The translations under genes were made by a program, and so were the position numbers. A model generated the notes under the pieces. The model did no database searches, was not told the DNA's origin, and saw only the letters and a list, made by a program, of their open reading frames with translations. A DNA stretch of 63,928 nt, filler included, from Psammoneis japonica (taxonomy: Eukaryota), in assembly GCA_008632985.1 (NCBI GenBank). It is 4 parts of 4 records of this genome, joined end to end, with 100 filler letters (N's around TTAATTAATTAA, not from the genome) between each part and the next. Parts side by side here need not be neighbours in the genome. Positions count along the whole stretch, not along the records: positions 48,597 to 63,928 come from QPGO01000491.1; 3 more parts are not named here. One strand, written 5' to 3'. Shown one piece after another: positions 62,932 to 63,928 of the stretch (position 1 is its first letter; each line of letters opens with the position of its first letter).

Positions 62932-63149
62932 GGTATTCGCCTTTTGCAACAAGATCTTTAGAGAGAAAACGTTCCTTGTTAGCTTGTTGAGTGTAGCAAG
63001 GGAAGATATGGTGCGCGCTGTAACAACGTAAAGTCGACTGAGAACGTGTGATGGCCTCTTACCTCTTGCGTGTTTTTCCCGCCACCTCCCTCCACGTGAG
63101 ACAAAAATTCAAAAAATAATAGACAATCCCAGATGCAATGACGTCACCT

Positions 63150-63928
63150 CATTGTGACGTCAGCAGGTTTGGGTGCCCAGGCCAGTCCCCGCCTGTGATG
63201 CTCCCCAACGCCGTGTGGAGGCACAACGACTGCCAAACATGAGCAAAGCAACGCAAACCTGCCTCCTGACCTCACCAACGGTTCCTGTTTTCCCTTTTGA
63301 ACCTTTCTTCAATGGAGACCTGGACATTTAAAAAATGGGGGACAGCACGGCGCTGTGAGAAAAATCGAAAAAAAGACACAAAACCTGACAAAACATCAAA
63401 AGATCCGACATCAAGCGGGGTTGCGAGAAAGGCAGTTGAAAAGGTTGTAAGAGACAACAAGACAGTGCAAAGAAACAACTCCTTCATTGTCAGCACAAAG
63501 AAGCAGTTTTTGACATTGCATGTTTGCGTTGAAGGATTGTGAACAAAATTGGCCTGGAGCCCAAAGGCAAGCCATGTGTGTCACATGCTCATTGTTCACG
63601 TCGGCGTTCCAGTTGGCCTTGATGCCAGCTTGGCATTTGAGTTGGCCTTGATGCCAGCTTGTGCTTGCTCAATGGCACAGGTTCCCAGATGACAAGAACT
63701 CAGGCAGATCTGGCACGGACGATTTTCAGATGGAAGCAGTTGAGACACCAGAGTGCAAATGAAGCTCGCCAGATTTTTTGTCTTGGTGGTGCAGTGTGCT
63801 GCACATTCAACAATGCTTGTTTCAAATCATTTGTCTGTCAAGCAATCACATTTGATGATGCGATTCTATCTGCTGCTGTTCTGCAATGTCTTTGAAAACT
63901 GTTTCACCGGTTTGAAATGTTGACCACT
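63150..63928. repeat. TpA-depleted decayed repeat, unclassified
   Basis: Abrupt compositional switch; short duplication agttggccttgatgccagctt at about 63611 and 63640. Confidence 0.45.

Overview
Eukaryotic genomic DNA, most likely a pennate diatom. This is inferred from CoDi-like Copia elements, short GT-AG introns and a red-alga/diatom-type NADPH oxidase. The window is four unrelated ~16 kb scaffolds joined by artificial N-TTAATTAATTAA-N spacers, so adjacency across spacers is not meaningful. Host genes include an F-box-like protein, FKBP12, NOX/RBOH, an MLKL-like receptor kinase, a FAX/metaxin GST, pRiA4b-MYND, NUDIX, M14 carboxypeptidase, polyamine oxidase, UDP-glucuronate epimerase, an SDR and a class 3 lipase. 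These alternate with Copia, Gypsy, Crypton-like and Helitron-like remnants. The main signal is a repeat-restricted hypermutation that converts TpA to TpG or CpA (A:T to G:C) on both strands. It acts after insertion, since the two LTRs of one element differ mainly by it. It turns Tyr into Cys/His, approaches saturation in old repeats, fades near repeat edges and spares intact genes. It looks like a RIP-like genome-defence process running in the opposite chemical direction to fungal RIP. A second highlight is a terminally redundant ~15 kb scaffold carrying an MLKL-like 4HB-kinase-TM-FG-GAP gene, a NOX and a Crypton remnant. All calls are from motif recognition and manual alignment; no searches were run.
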